A DNA stretch of 19,118 bases from Marine Group I thaumarchaeote (lineage in GTDB: Archaea; Thermoproteota; Nitrososphaeria; Nitrososphaerales; Nitrosopumilaceae), in the NCBI GenBank assembly GCA_044358425.1, contig CP054849.1, positions 16,378-35,495 of the forward strand, in the 5' to 3' direction. Positions 1 through 7,490 of the stretch are shown piece after piece. A program made the translations under genes and the position numbers. Each line of letters begins with the position of its first letter. Position 1 is the stretch's first letter. A model generated the notes under the pieces. It was not told where the DNA came from, ran no database searches, and was given only the letters and a program-made list of their open reading frames with translations.

Positions 1-295
1 CAATGAATTAAATAATTTGATGAATTCTATTAAAAAGGAAATACGTAATTCTATAGCTGAAAAGCAATCTAATTCTATCAAAAACTTTTTTGAGAAATTC
101 CTTGCTCAAATTGATCAAAAATTAATGGAAGCAAAGGATCTGGATAGGGATCAAATTGCAATTGATAAGGCAAATGAATTAATTCTTGAAATTCGAGAAT
201 TACTATCAAATAATCAAATTAATGATGCAAAAAAAGTGTATTCTGAATTAAAAGTTGTTCTAAAAGATATTGGAATTTCTGTAAAGATAACATAA
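1..295 (+). CDS. 3' end of a hypothetical alpha-helical protein, truncated by the window edge
   Basis: The frame is open from position 2 (aat gaa tta aat aat ttg...) to TAA at 293-295. The product is helical and charged, with codon style like its neighbours. Confidence 0.7.
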   Translation, partial: NELNNLMNSIKKEIRNSIAEKQSNSIKNFFEKFLAQIDQKLMEAKDLDRDQIAIDKANELILEIRELLSNNQINDAKKVYSELKVVLKDIGISVKIT

Positions 296-326
296 GCTTC
301 ATATACATTTTGTAAAGAGTTCCAAC

Positions 327-521
327 ATGGTCTCAAAATCAATAATTGTAGGAGTAGGTATTCCAATGATTGTAATTGGTGCTTTAATGGCTTGGTTATG
401 GTCTCCAATGGGTGGAGAATTACAAAGTCAAGTTGAGTTAATTGGTAGTACAATTGGGATTTTGGGTGTAGTATTCTTTATTTCTGGATTATTTTATACA
501 AAAGAACCGAAAATTGTATAG
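327..521 (+). CDS. Small hypothetical membrane protein (2 TM, 64 aa)
   Basis: Two hydrophobic segments (IIVGVGIPMIVIGALMAWLW; LIGSTIGILGVVFFISGLFY). TATA-like TTCATATA at 298-305. Confidence 0.75.
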   Translation: MVSKSIIVGVGIPMIVIGALMAWLWSPMGGELQSQVELIGSTIGILGVVFFISGLFYTKEPKIV

Positions 522-565
522 ATTGAACTCATTAAATAAATAATGAAAAAAATTAGTATTATTAC

Positions 566-1279
566 TTGAAAGTAAGACTATTTGAAATATTCACATCAGT
601 TGAGGGAGAAGGTATTCTCTATGGAACAAAAACACTTTTTGTAAGACTTGCTGGATGTCCCTTCACATGTTTTTATTGTGATACTAAAGAATCGTTACCG
701 CTTGATTCTGGTGAGGAATATTCAATTGATGATGCAATTCAATTAATTGATTCTAATTTACAAAATCAAACTTACAAAGTAAATTTCACTGGAGGTGATC
801 CTCTAATTCAACATCAAGCTGTTGCTCAATTAGCAAAACATATTCAGATGAAAAAAATTCCTACATATTTAGAATCATCATGTTTTGATGTTGATCGTTT
901 TAACCATGTTTTACCTTTTATTGATATTGTAAAAATTGAATTCAAAACACAAGATTCTGATTTTGTAGATTCTGAGCATTATGACAAATTAATTAGTCAT
1001 ACAATGAAATGTCTTGAATCTTCTGTAAATTCTAAAAAAACAACTTTTATCAAAATTGTCGTTAGTTCAAAAACTCAACCAACTGAATTCAAACAATTAA
1101 TTACAAATATTTTTGAAATTATTTCAAAGGATAACATTGATGGATTTGTAATTCAACCAACTTATGGAGTTTCTGAACCTTCTTTGGATTTATTGCTTAA
1201 TTTGTATGATATAGTATTTCCATATTATATTGATGTCAAGGTGGTTCCTCAATTGCATAAATTCATTGGAGCACCATAA
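566..1279 (+). CDS. queE: 7-carboxy-7-deazaguanine synthase (radical SAM)
   Basis: N-terminal EIFTSVEGEG..G...FVRLAGC motif, CxxxCxxC (CPFTCFYC), FTGGDP and C-terminal PQLHK. Clustered with folE and queC. TTG start. Confidence 0.93.
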   Translation: MKVRLFEIFTSVEGEGILYGTKTLFVRLAGCPFTCFYCDTKESLPLDSGEEYSIDDAIQLIDSNLQNQTYKVNFTGGDPLIQHQAVAQLAKHIQMKKIPTYLESSCFDVDRFNHVLPFIDIVKIEFKTQDSDFVDSEHYDKLISHTMKCLESSVNSKKTTFIKIVVSSKTQPTEFKQLITNIFEIISKDNIDGFVIQPTYGVSEPSLDLLLNLYDIVFPYYIDVKVVPQLHKFIGAP

Positions 1280-1342
1280 TCTTAGCACCTGCCTAAAAAT
1301 CAGATTAGGTTCAAATACTAGAAAAAATGGGTAAAATTACAA

Positions 1343-1900
1343 ATGGATGAAGAACGTGTAAAAAAACTTGTAAGAGAATTAATCATTGAAGTTGGTGAAG
1401 ATCCAACACGTGAGGGATTAAGAGAAACTCCTAAACGAATTGCAAATATGTATAAAGAAATTTTTGCTGGTTATGACTCTGATTCAGAATTATCTGTCCA
1501 ATTTTCAGAAGATTCTGATGTAGTTATTGCTCGTGATATTCAATTTTATTCAATGTGTGAACACCACATGCTACCATTTTATGGTAAAATCCACATTGCT
1601 TACTCTCCAAACGGTAGAGTCTTTGGGATTTCAAAATTAGTTAGATTAGTTGAAAAATATTCAAAAAGATTACAAATTCAAGAACGTGTAACTAAAAATA
1701 TTGCCGATGAGTTATATTCCCAGGGAGTAAAAGGTGTTGCAGTTTTTGCTGATGCTGAGCATCTTTGTATGAAAATGCGTGGTGTTAGAAACGATGCAAC
1801 CCTTTCTTCGTCAGCATTTAGAGGAATTTATGAAAATAAAGAAGAAAAAGAGAGTGTTTTGGCACTAATTAGAAAACGCTCATCAGATTCATCATTTTAA
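1343..1900 (+). CDS. folE: GTP cyclohydrolase I (FolE, type IA)
   Basis: GEDPTREGLRETPKR, SMCEHHMLPF, GISKLVR, RLQIQER and AEHLCMKMRGV motifs, with the Zn ligands intact. Confidence 0.96.
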   Translation: MDEERVKKLVRELIIEVGEDPTREGLRETPKRIANMYKEIFAGYDSDSELSVQFSEDSDVVIARDIQFYSMCEHHMLPFYGKIHIAYSPNGRVFGISKLVRLVEKYSKRLQIQERVTKNIADELYSQGVKGVAVFADAEHLCMKMRGVRNDATLSSSAFRGIYENKEEKESVLALIRKRSSDSSF

Positions 1901-1941
1901 GAATCTCAAATATTAAATAATCAATATTTTTCACCATCAAT

Positions 1942-2187
1942 ATGGGAAAAGCAAATCCATATGTTCACATTCCAAAAGAGTCATTTCCAAGATGGATTTG
2001 GTATGCAGCTGAATGTGTTGTTCTTATTGTTATTGCTTTTCTATCGGCAGTTCAAATTACTAATACATTTGAAGGATTAACTACTGAACAACATAACTAT
2101 ATGATAACTGGAATTTTTGCATCATTCTTTGTAGTTTGGTATGTGTTAATTAGAAGTATAATTCTAAAAAAGAAAATTCTTAGATAA
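1942..2187 (+). CDS. Small hypothetical membrane protein (2 TM, 81 aa)
   Basis: Two hydrophobic helices and a basic C-terminus (LKKKILR). TATA-like TATTAAATAA at 1911-1920. Confidence 0.75.
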   Translation: MGKANPYVHIPKESFPRWIWYAAECVVLIVIAFLSAVQITNTFEGLTTEQHNYMITGIFASFFVVWYVLIRSIILKKKILR

Positions 2188-2192
2188 ATAAT

Positions 2193-2867
2193 TTATTTAA
2201 GATACTTTGTTTTATCTGTAATTCCAGCTTTAGTAAATGCAATTTTTCTATTATTACAAGATTCACAAATTCCACAATGAGATTTCTTATTTGCATAACA
2301 ACTCCAAGTTTTAAAAATTGAATCACCCAAATTCTTCAAACCTGATTTTAACAAATCACTTTTTGATAATCCCTTTCGATACGGTGACCAAATTTCAATA
2401 TTTTTTCGTAATTTTGAATTAATTCCATCAATTTCTCCCTCATTAAATGCATTTTCTAATTTTTTTGCAAATTTTGGACGACAATCTGGATAATTTGTGT
2501 CACCTGTATGTGCACCATAAACTACTAGAGATGCATTTAGTGTAAATGCCCATGCAGATGCTATTGAAAGAAATACTGCATTTCTGATTGGAACAACAAT
2601 TGAATATTCAAACTTTGTAGGAATTTTTCTTTTTGTACTGGTTAAAACATTTGAATTTCCATAAAGATTTTTCATAAAATCTATATCGATAATTTTATGT
2701 TCCTTTAACCCAAGTTTTTTTGCAAAAGATTTAGCTGCCTTAATTTCCATATTTGCTTTTTGACCATATGAAAATGTAATTCCATATAACTCATATTTTG
2801 ATTTTAATAATGATGCAACACATACTGAATCTACCCCGCCGCTAAATACAATCACTGCTTTTTTCAT
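2193..2867 (-). CDS. queC: 7-cyano-7-deazaguanine (preQ0) synthase
   Basis: PP-loop SGGVDS, SYGQ, VPIRN, YPDCR and the Zn site TWSCY...HCGICESC. SD-like TGAGGA at 2876-2871. Confidence 0.95.
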   Translation of the reverse strand: MKKAVIVFSGGVDSVCVASLLKSKYELYGITFSYGQKANMEIKAAKSFAKKLGLKEHKIIDIDFMKNLYGNSNVLTSTKRKIPTKFEYSIVVPIRNAVFLSIASAWAFTLNASLVVYGAHTGDTNYPDCRPKFAKKLENAFNEGEIDGINSKLRKNIEIWSPYRKGLSKSDLLKSGLKNLGDSIFKTWSCYANKKSHCGICESCNNRKIAFTKAGITDKTKYLK

Positions 2868-2881
2868 ATTTCCTCATTTGA

Positions 2882-3805
2882 TTATTTTTTTTGGTGTATT
2901 GCACCCTTGCTTGGTTTACAGATTATTGTTTGACAATCAATATTTTTTGATTTAAATCCTCTTGTCATTGCAGAACTGATTTTTTTTAAATCAAATGAAT
3001 TTTTTGAAAATGCAATTACAGAAGGTCCTGCACCACTAATTGTTACACCATATGCACCTGCTTTTAGCGCATTTTGCTTCACTTTTTCATATCCTGGAAT
3101 CATGTGTTGTCTGGCAGGTTCAACAATTACATCTTTAATTGAATTTCCAATTAATTCTGAATCCTTATTCATAAATCCTGCAACTATTGCAGATGCATTT
3201 GATAAATTTAGTATAGCGTCTGTTAATTTAATATTTTTAGGAATTACTCCTCTTGAAACTTTAGTTTTCTTTTTTGGAACATCAATTTTTGGAACTGCAA
3301 CACACATTCTTAGATTTGTTGGCGAATCTATTGAAATTACATTTAATGGATTTGTTTTAACAATAACAAATCCTCCTAAAACTGATGCTGCAACGTTATC
3401 ATAATGAATTGTTCCAGCACTAGCTTTTTCACCAAATCCTGCAAATTCTACTAATTCATTTGAATTTAATTTAATTTTAAATAATTTATCAAATGCTACG
3501 GCAGTTGCAGCAGCAGATCCCGCGCTGCTTCCCATTCCAAATCCCGCAGGGATTCCTTTTTTAATTTGAATTTCAACACCACTTTTAATTTTCAATTTTT
3601 TTTTCATATTTTTTACAACTAATCCAGCTGTATTATTTTCTGGATCGGTAGGAATATTGTCGTCTGTAACTATGGTAATTCCTTTTTTTGTTTTCGTTAA
3701 TGTAACTTCATCGTAAAAAGCATCTATAGCTAATCCAAATGTATCAAATCCTGGACCTAAATTGGCTGTAGACGATGGTGCCCTAACTGTAATTTTTGAT
3801 ACCAA
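2882..3805 (-). CDS. thrB: Homoserine kinase (GHMP family)
   Basis: PSSTANLGPGFD, KGIPAGFGMGSSAGS, HYDNVAA and ISGAGPS motifs. The TTG start abuts the stop of the upstream GTPase, with SD GGAGGT at 3821-3816. Confidence 0.95.
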   Translation of the reverse strand: MVSKITVRAPSSTANLGPGFDTFGLAIDAFYDEVTLTKTKKGITIVTDDNIPTDPENNTAGLVVKNMKKKLKIKSGVEIQIKKGIPAGFGMGSSAGSAAATAVAFDKLFKIKLNSNELVEFAGFGEKASAGTIHYDNVAASVLGGFVIVKTNPLNVISIDSPTNLRMCVAVPKIDVPKKKTKVSRGVIPKNIKLTDAILNLSNASAIVAGFMNKDSELIGNSIKDVIVEPARQHMIPGYEKVKQNALKAGAYGVTISGAGPSVIAFSKNSFDLKKISSAMTRGFKSKNIDCQTIICKPSKGAIHQKK

Positions 3806-4564
3806 TTAATCTTCTACCTCCTCGCCTAAATTAAGAATTCTGCTTAATGCACTCTCAAGATTTACAATCCCATCTCCAGTTAAATTTGAAATTGGTATTA
3901 ATCCCTGTTCAAATTCACTAAGATTTAGTCCTCGTAAAATACTTGTAGTCAATGAATATGTTTCACCATCTGTATCATTAGATATTGCATTTTCTAATGT
4001 ATTCGTATTTGTTGACCACTGCAAAATATCTTTTAATTTAGTATCTATTACATCTGTTTTTGTTATTGCATTTATTGTTGGCAAATTAAGTCGTAATCTA
4101 ATTGATGTTGCAAGGAGTGCAATTGATACAAAATTTACTGGGGTAGTAATTATTGAACCATCAAAAAGAAAAATACTTGCTTTTTCATCAGATGTTATTT
4201 GATCTATGATAAATCTACCACTAGAGCGATATGCAAATAATTCAATTTGTCCTGGAGTGTCAACAATTAGATAATCTGGATTAATATTATTTACATCATT
4301 TTGTATTTCATCAATTTTTGATGCAATCAAATCATTTGCCATCACCAATCCGCCATTTGGTCCAAGATTATATTCTTGCATTATCGAAACATAATCAACA
4401 TAATCTCTAACATCAACATCACAATTGTAAGGCATACTTTCAACACCTGGATCTAAATTTAACGTTGCAGCAAAAGCTCCATTTCTTGTATAATATTCAT
4501 ATAATTTTGATACAAGTGATGATTTTCCTGAACCAGCTGTACCAGTAACAAAAATTGTTTTCAA
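3806..4564 (-). CDS. GPN-loop GTPase (archaeal GPN, ATP_bind_1 family)
   Basis: Walker A GTAGSGKS, NLDPG, LGPNGG (GPN loop), DTPGQIELF and TKTD. Confidence 0.93.
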   Translation of the reverse strand: MKTIFVTGTAGSGKSSLVSKLYEYYTRNGAFAATLNLDPGVESMPYNCDVDVRDYVDYVSIMQEYNLGPNGGLVMANDLIASKIDEIQNDVNNINPDYLIVDTPGQIELFAYRSSGRFIIDQITSDEKASIFLFDGSIITTPVNFVSIALLATSIRLRLNLPTINAITKTDVIDTKLKDILQWSTNTNTLENAISNDTDGETYSLTTSILRGLNLSEFEQGLIPISNLTGDGIVNLESALSRILNLGEEVED

Positions 4565-4681
4565 TCTGTGTAGATTTCTTTTCTTTGCTTATATTTTAAA
4601 CTAGATTATTATCAAGAAATTTTTGAGCTAAATTTTGGAAATATCTTAAAATCAAATTTTACTTAAATTAGCAATTTTCTG

Positions 4682-4697
4682 TGCCTGAATCTAGGCA
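4682..4697. promoter_or_regulatory. Inverted repeat TGCCT-N6-AGGCA, candidate transcription-factor site in a divergent intergenic region
   Basis: gTGCCTgaatctAGGCAt at 4681-4698, GC-rich relative to the flanks. Confidence 0.35.
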
Positions 4698-4756
4698 TGA
4701 TAACCCACTACCATTTTTATCAACTTTCATATTTGATTCCATAAAAAAAATATCAA

Positions 4757-5773
4757 ATGAACTGGAGACTCGTAGCCATACCTGTTACTCTGATCCCAAT
4801 TATTCTAATTGCTATTCAATTTGATATTCAACCAGAAGATATTCTTGCAATTGGTATTTTCCCATTTGTGGGTGCAATAATTGCAATGATGATAAAATTG
4901 GTTTTACAGGGAGTAAAATTTGCATATATTACAAGAAAATATCTTGGCAATACTGATTCATTTCTAAAATTGATTGGTGTAAGAGTGGGTAGTGAATTCA
5001 TTAAATTTACAACACCAATGTTTATCGGAGCAGAATTTATTGTCATTTATTACTTAAAGAAAAAAGGAATAGAGCTTTCTAAAGCTACGTGGATTGCACT
5101 TGTTGATATTGTTACTGAAGTACTTGCAGCAGGTATACTGTCAATGCTGGCAGGAATCATTGCATTATTGAATGGTGCATATGTTGTTGGAATAGTAATT
5201 TTAGCTACTAGTATTTCAATTACCGCACTATGGATGGTTATGTTTATGTTATCTTCTAAACATACATTTCAAGTTCCAAATGTTTTAGAATCTCTTGTTA
5301 AAAAATTGGCAAAACAAAAAGGAACAAAAATTATTGATCAAACAAATGACTGGATGGAAGAAACCTGTACCATTATTAGAGAAAATTTCAGAAGACCCGA
5401 ATCTAAAAAAATCTTTACTGTTTCATTTTTAGTTTCAATTGCTTCTTGGTCATTTTATGGAATATCATTTATGATTATTGCAATGGGAACTGGTTTCATC
5501 ATAAATGCATTTGATTCCATCATGGCAGTAATGGGTGCAAACGCAATTGGTAATTTACCTATCACAATTGGTGGTTCAGGGTTAGCTGAATTTGGAATTA
5601 TAGCATATCTAAATAATTTGAATCCATTTGATTTTACTATCACTGAAGGAATTTTAGGTTGGGATGCAGTAATTGGATGGAGAATTGCAACATATTATGT
5701 TCCAATAGCAATTACATGGCTTTTATTAGTAAAATTAGCCTTGAGTAAAATTCCAAAAACAGAAAATAAATAG
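4757..5773 (+). CDS. UPF0104 / LPG-synthase TM domain (flippase-like, AglD2-like) membrane protein
   Basis: About 8 hydrophobic segments, with TTPMFIGAE, LPITIGGSGLAE and WRIATYY motifs typical of the family. Confidence 0.85.
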   Translation: MNWRLVAIPVTLIPIILIAIQFDIQPEDILAIGIFPFVGAIIAMMIKLVLQGVKFAYITRKYLGNTDSFLKLIGVRVGSEFIKFTTPMFIGAEFIVIYYLKKKGIELSKATWIALVDIVTEVLAAGILSMLAGIIALLNGAYVVGIVILATSISITALWMVMFMLSSKHTFQVPNVLESLVKKLAKQKGTKIIDQTNDWMEETCTIIRENFRRPESKKIFTVSFLVSIASWSFYGISFMIIAMGTGFIINAFDSIMAVMGANAIGNLPITIGGSGLAEFGIIAYLNNLNPFDFTITEGILGWDAVIGWRIATYYVPIAITWLLLVKLALSKIPKTENK

Positions 5774-5807
5774 AAACCACTTTATCATTAAAGTATTTTT
5801 TTTATTT

Positions 5808-6608
5808 GTGGATTTTAAAAATAAAGTAGTTTTAATCACTGGAGCATCATCAGGTATTGGTAAACAAACTGCAATTGAATTTGCAAAATTAGGTTCAATT
5901 ATAATTTTAGTTGCAAGAAGAAAGGATAAACTTGAACAATTAGAAAAAGAATTAAAAAAATTTAATGTGACCACATTGGTTTGTGAATGTGATATTTCAA
6001 AAAAAGACCAAGTAGAAACCATGTCAAAAATAGTAATTCAAAAATTTAACTCTGTTGATATTTTAGTAAATAATGCTGGATTTGCTATTTATGGTTCTGT
6101 TTCAGATTTATCAATAAATGATATAGAATCTCAAATGGAAACAAATTATTTTGGTATGATTTACTGCGTCAAAAATTTTCTTCCACTAATGATTGAGAAA
6201 AAATCTGGACATATTGTTAATGTTGCATCTGTAGCTGCAAGTTTTGGACTACCTGGAATTGCATCTTACTGTGCTTCAAAATTTGCAATGCTGGGTTTTT
6301 CTGAAGGTCTTAAACATGAATTAAGTGGTAGTGGAGTTGGAATTACTGTTGTCAGTCCTATAATGGTAAAAACTGATTTTTTTGAACATCCTTCATTTGA
6401 AAAAATGCCAAAATATTCTCCAACATCTCTAAATTCTGCAACAGTGGCAAAAGCAATTGTAAAAGCTGCAAATTCATCCAGGCTTGAAATTATTGTGCCA
6501 TCAGTAGTTCGTGGTGCAGTATGGATCAAACATACATTTCCATATTTTATAAATCCAATTTTAGGAAAATCTTTTAAAAAACAATTAGATTCTACTAAAG
6601 AAAACTGA
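5808..6608 (+). CDS. Short-chain dehydrogenase/reductase, probably NADP(H)-preferring
   Basis: TGASSGIG, basic ARR after beta-2, NNAG, catalytic S and YxxxK (YCASK). GTG start. Confidence 0.93.
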   Translation: MDFKNKVVLITGASSGIGKQTAIEFAKLGSIIILVARRKDKLEQLEKELKKFNVTTLVCECDISKKDQVETMSKIVIQKFNSVDILVNNAGFAIYGSVSDLSINDIESQMETNYFGMIYCVKNFLPLMIEKKSGHIVNVASVAASFGLPGIASYCASKFAMLGFSEGLKHELSGSGVGITVVSPIMVKTDFFEHPSFEKMPKYSPTSLNSATVAKAIVKAANSSRLEIIVPSVVRGAVWIKHTFPYFINPILGKSFKKQLDSTKEN

Positions 6609-6613
6609 TTTAA

Positions 6614-7012
6614 TTATTCAATATCGTCTTCTGAGGATTGATTGGATCCACCTTCATCAATCAATTTAATTGATTTTAAATCAAATTGATAAATAGCATT
6701 CATTTCAATCTCTTTTTCTTTTTCTAAAAATTCTGAAACTTTTTTACTTAATGGAGCCTTATGCTGATCAAAAGTGAATTCATAAACAACTCCTTTCTCT
6801 AATTCTTTAATCTTAATCTTTTTTGCCACATCCATTGTAACTATCTGTCTTCCATCTTCTAAGGCATCATACAATTGAACATCAATTTTATCATCATCGT
6901 GATAAAATTCTAATACGTATCCTGAAATTTTTAATTCTTTAGGCTTTTTGAATTTAGCATTTTGAATCTCATCAGTAACCCATTCAGGAATATCGTCTTT
7001 CTTTTTTGCCAT
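6614..7012 (-). CDS. Hypothetical protein with an OB-fold-like beta pattern and an acidic tail
   Basis: Intact 132-aa ORF starting 12 nt after the upstream gene. Alternating beta-strand patterns and a C-terminal SSEDDIE. The fold call is inference. Confidence 0.75.
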   Translation of the reverse strand: MAKKKDDIPEWVTDEIQNAKFKKPKELKISGYVLEFYHDDDKIDVQLYDALEDGRQIVTMDVAKKIKIKELEKGVVYEFTFDQHKAPLSKKVSEFLEKEKEIEMNAIYQFDLKSIKLIDEGGSNQSSEDDIE

Positions 7013-7024
7013 TTTAAAATACCA

Positions 7025-7336
7025 CTAACTATCTAGATTCTTATCTTTTTTACTTTTATTCCACCATTCAAGATAATCATCACTTTTATCATCACGTGTT
7101 CTTTCTTTTTGATTTAATTTGTATCTAATATCTGAAATTTGTTCTCGTGATGCATATAATCCACATTTTTTACAAATGAAATTTTTAGTATTTTTATCCA
7201 TTTCCATTGGTATGTCAACTTCATCGTATAATTTGTAAAGTTCTTGTCTATCTCTATCTTCTTCAGCTACTTCTTCTTCGTATTTAGTTAGAATTTTCTT
7301 TTTTGCTCTTGCTGTACATTCAGGACAAACAACCAA
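7025..7336 (-). CDS. Hypothetical zinc-ribbon protein (CxxC...CxxC)
   Basis: CPEC near the N-terminus, CKKC at about residue 55, and a C-terminal YLEWW motif. TTG start about 26 nt from a TATA-like CTTTTATG (7366-7359). Confidence 0.8.
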   Translation of the reverse strand: MVVCPECTARAKKKILTKYEEEVAEEDRDRQELYKLYDEVDIPMEMDKNTKNFICKKCGLYASREQISDIRYKLNQKERTRDDKSDDYLEWWNKSKKDKNLDS

Positions 7337-7398
7337 TGAAATTCAGATTAATTTTTTCCATAAAAGCGTTCGCACTACTAATTTGATCGATTTTTTTT

Positions 7399-7466
7399 AT
7401 CTGACACGCGGATTTTTTCATCATCCCTTGCGGTCCGTTCGCCCATCGAAATCCCGCGTGCCAGAT
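7399..7466 (-). ncRNA. Candidate structured small RNA: long stem with box C/K-turn-like motif and GNRA loop; strand tentative
   Basis: 37/68 nt are G+C. 7399-7415 pairs with 7449-7466 (one bulge; one A-C mismatch that is G-U on the minus strand). The minus strand contains AUGAUGA (7424-7418) and CC-GCAA-GG (7433-7426). Confidence 0.55.
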
Positions 7467-7490
7467 GAGAATTTTTTTTAAAATTATCTA

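Noticed and set aside
1280-1342. preQ1 riboswitch upstream of folE, queE or queC
   Set aside because: No preQ1-I/II consensus is recognisable, and the inferred leaders are too short to hold an aptamer.
566-2867. dpd-type 7-deazaguanine DNA modification or defence island
   Set aside because: There is no DpdA/TGT-like, DpdB, helicase or nuclease gene in the window. The housekeeping context fits tRNA archaeosine precursor synthesis.
214-6529. Shadow ORFs 214..453, 3102..3404, 4828..5046, 5455..5643, 5735..6022 and 6266..6529
   Set aside because: They are antisense to well-supported genes, with no motifs and a composition typical of reverse-strand read-through.
7399-7466. tRNA, hammerhead ribozyme, H/ACA RNA or simple terminator
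   Set aside because: There is no cloverleaf or T-loop, no CUGAUGA...GAAA core in the right topology, and no pseudouridylation pocket. A ~33-nt motif-rich interior is unlike a plain terminator, though that role is not fully excluded.
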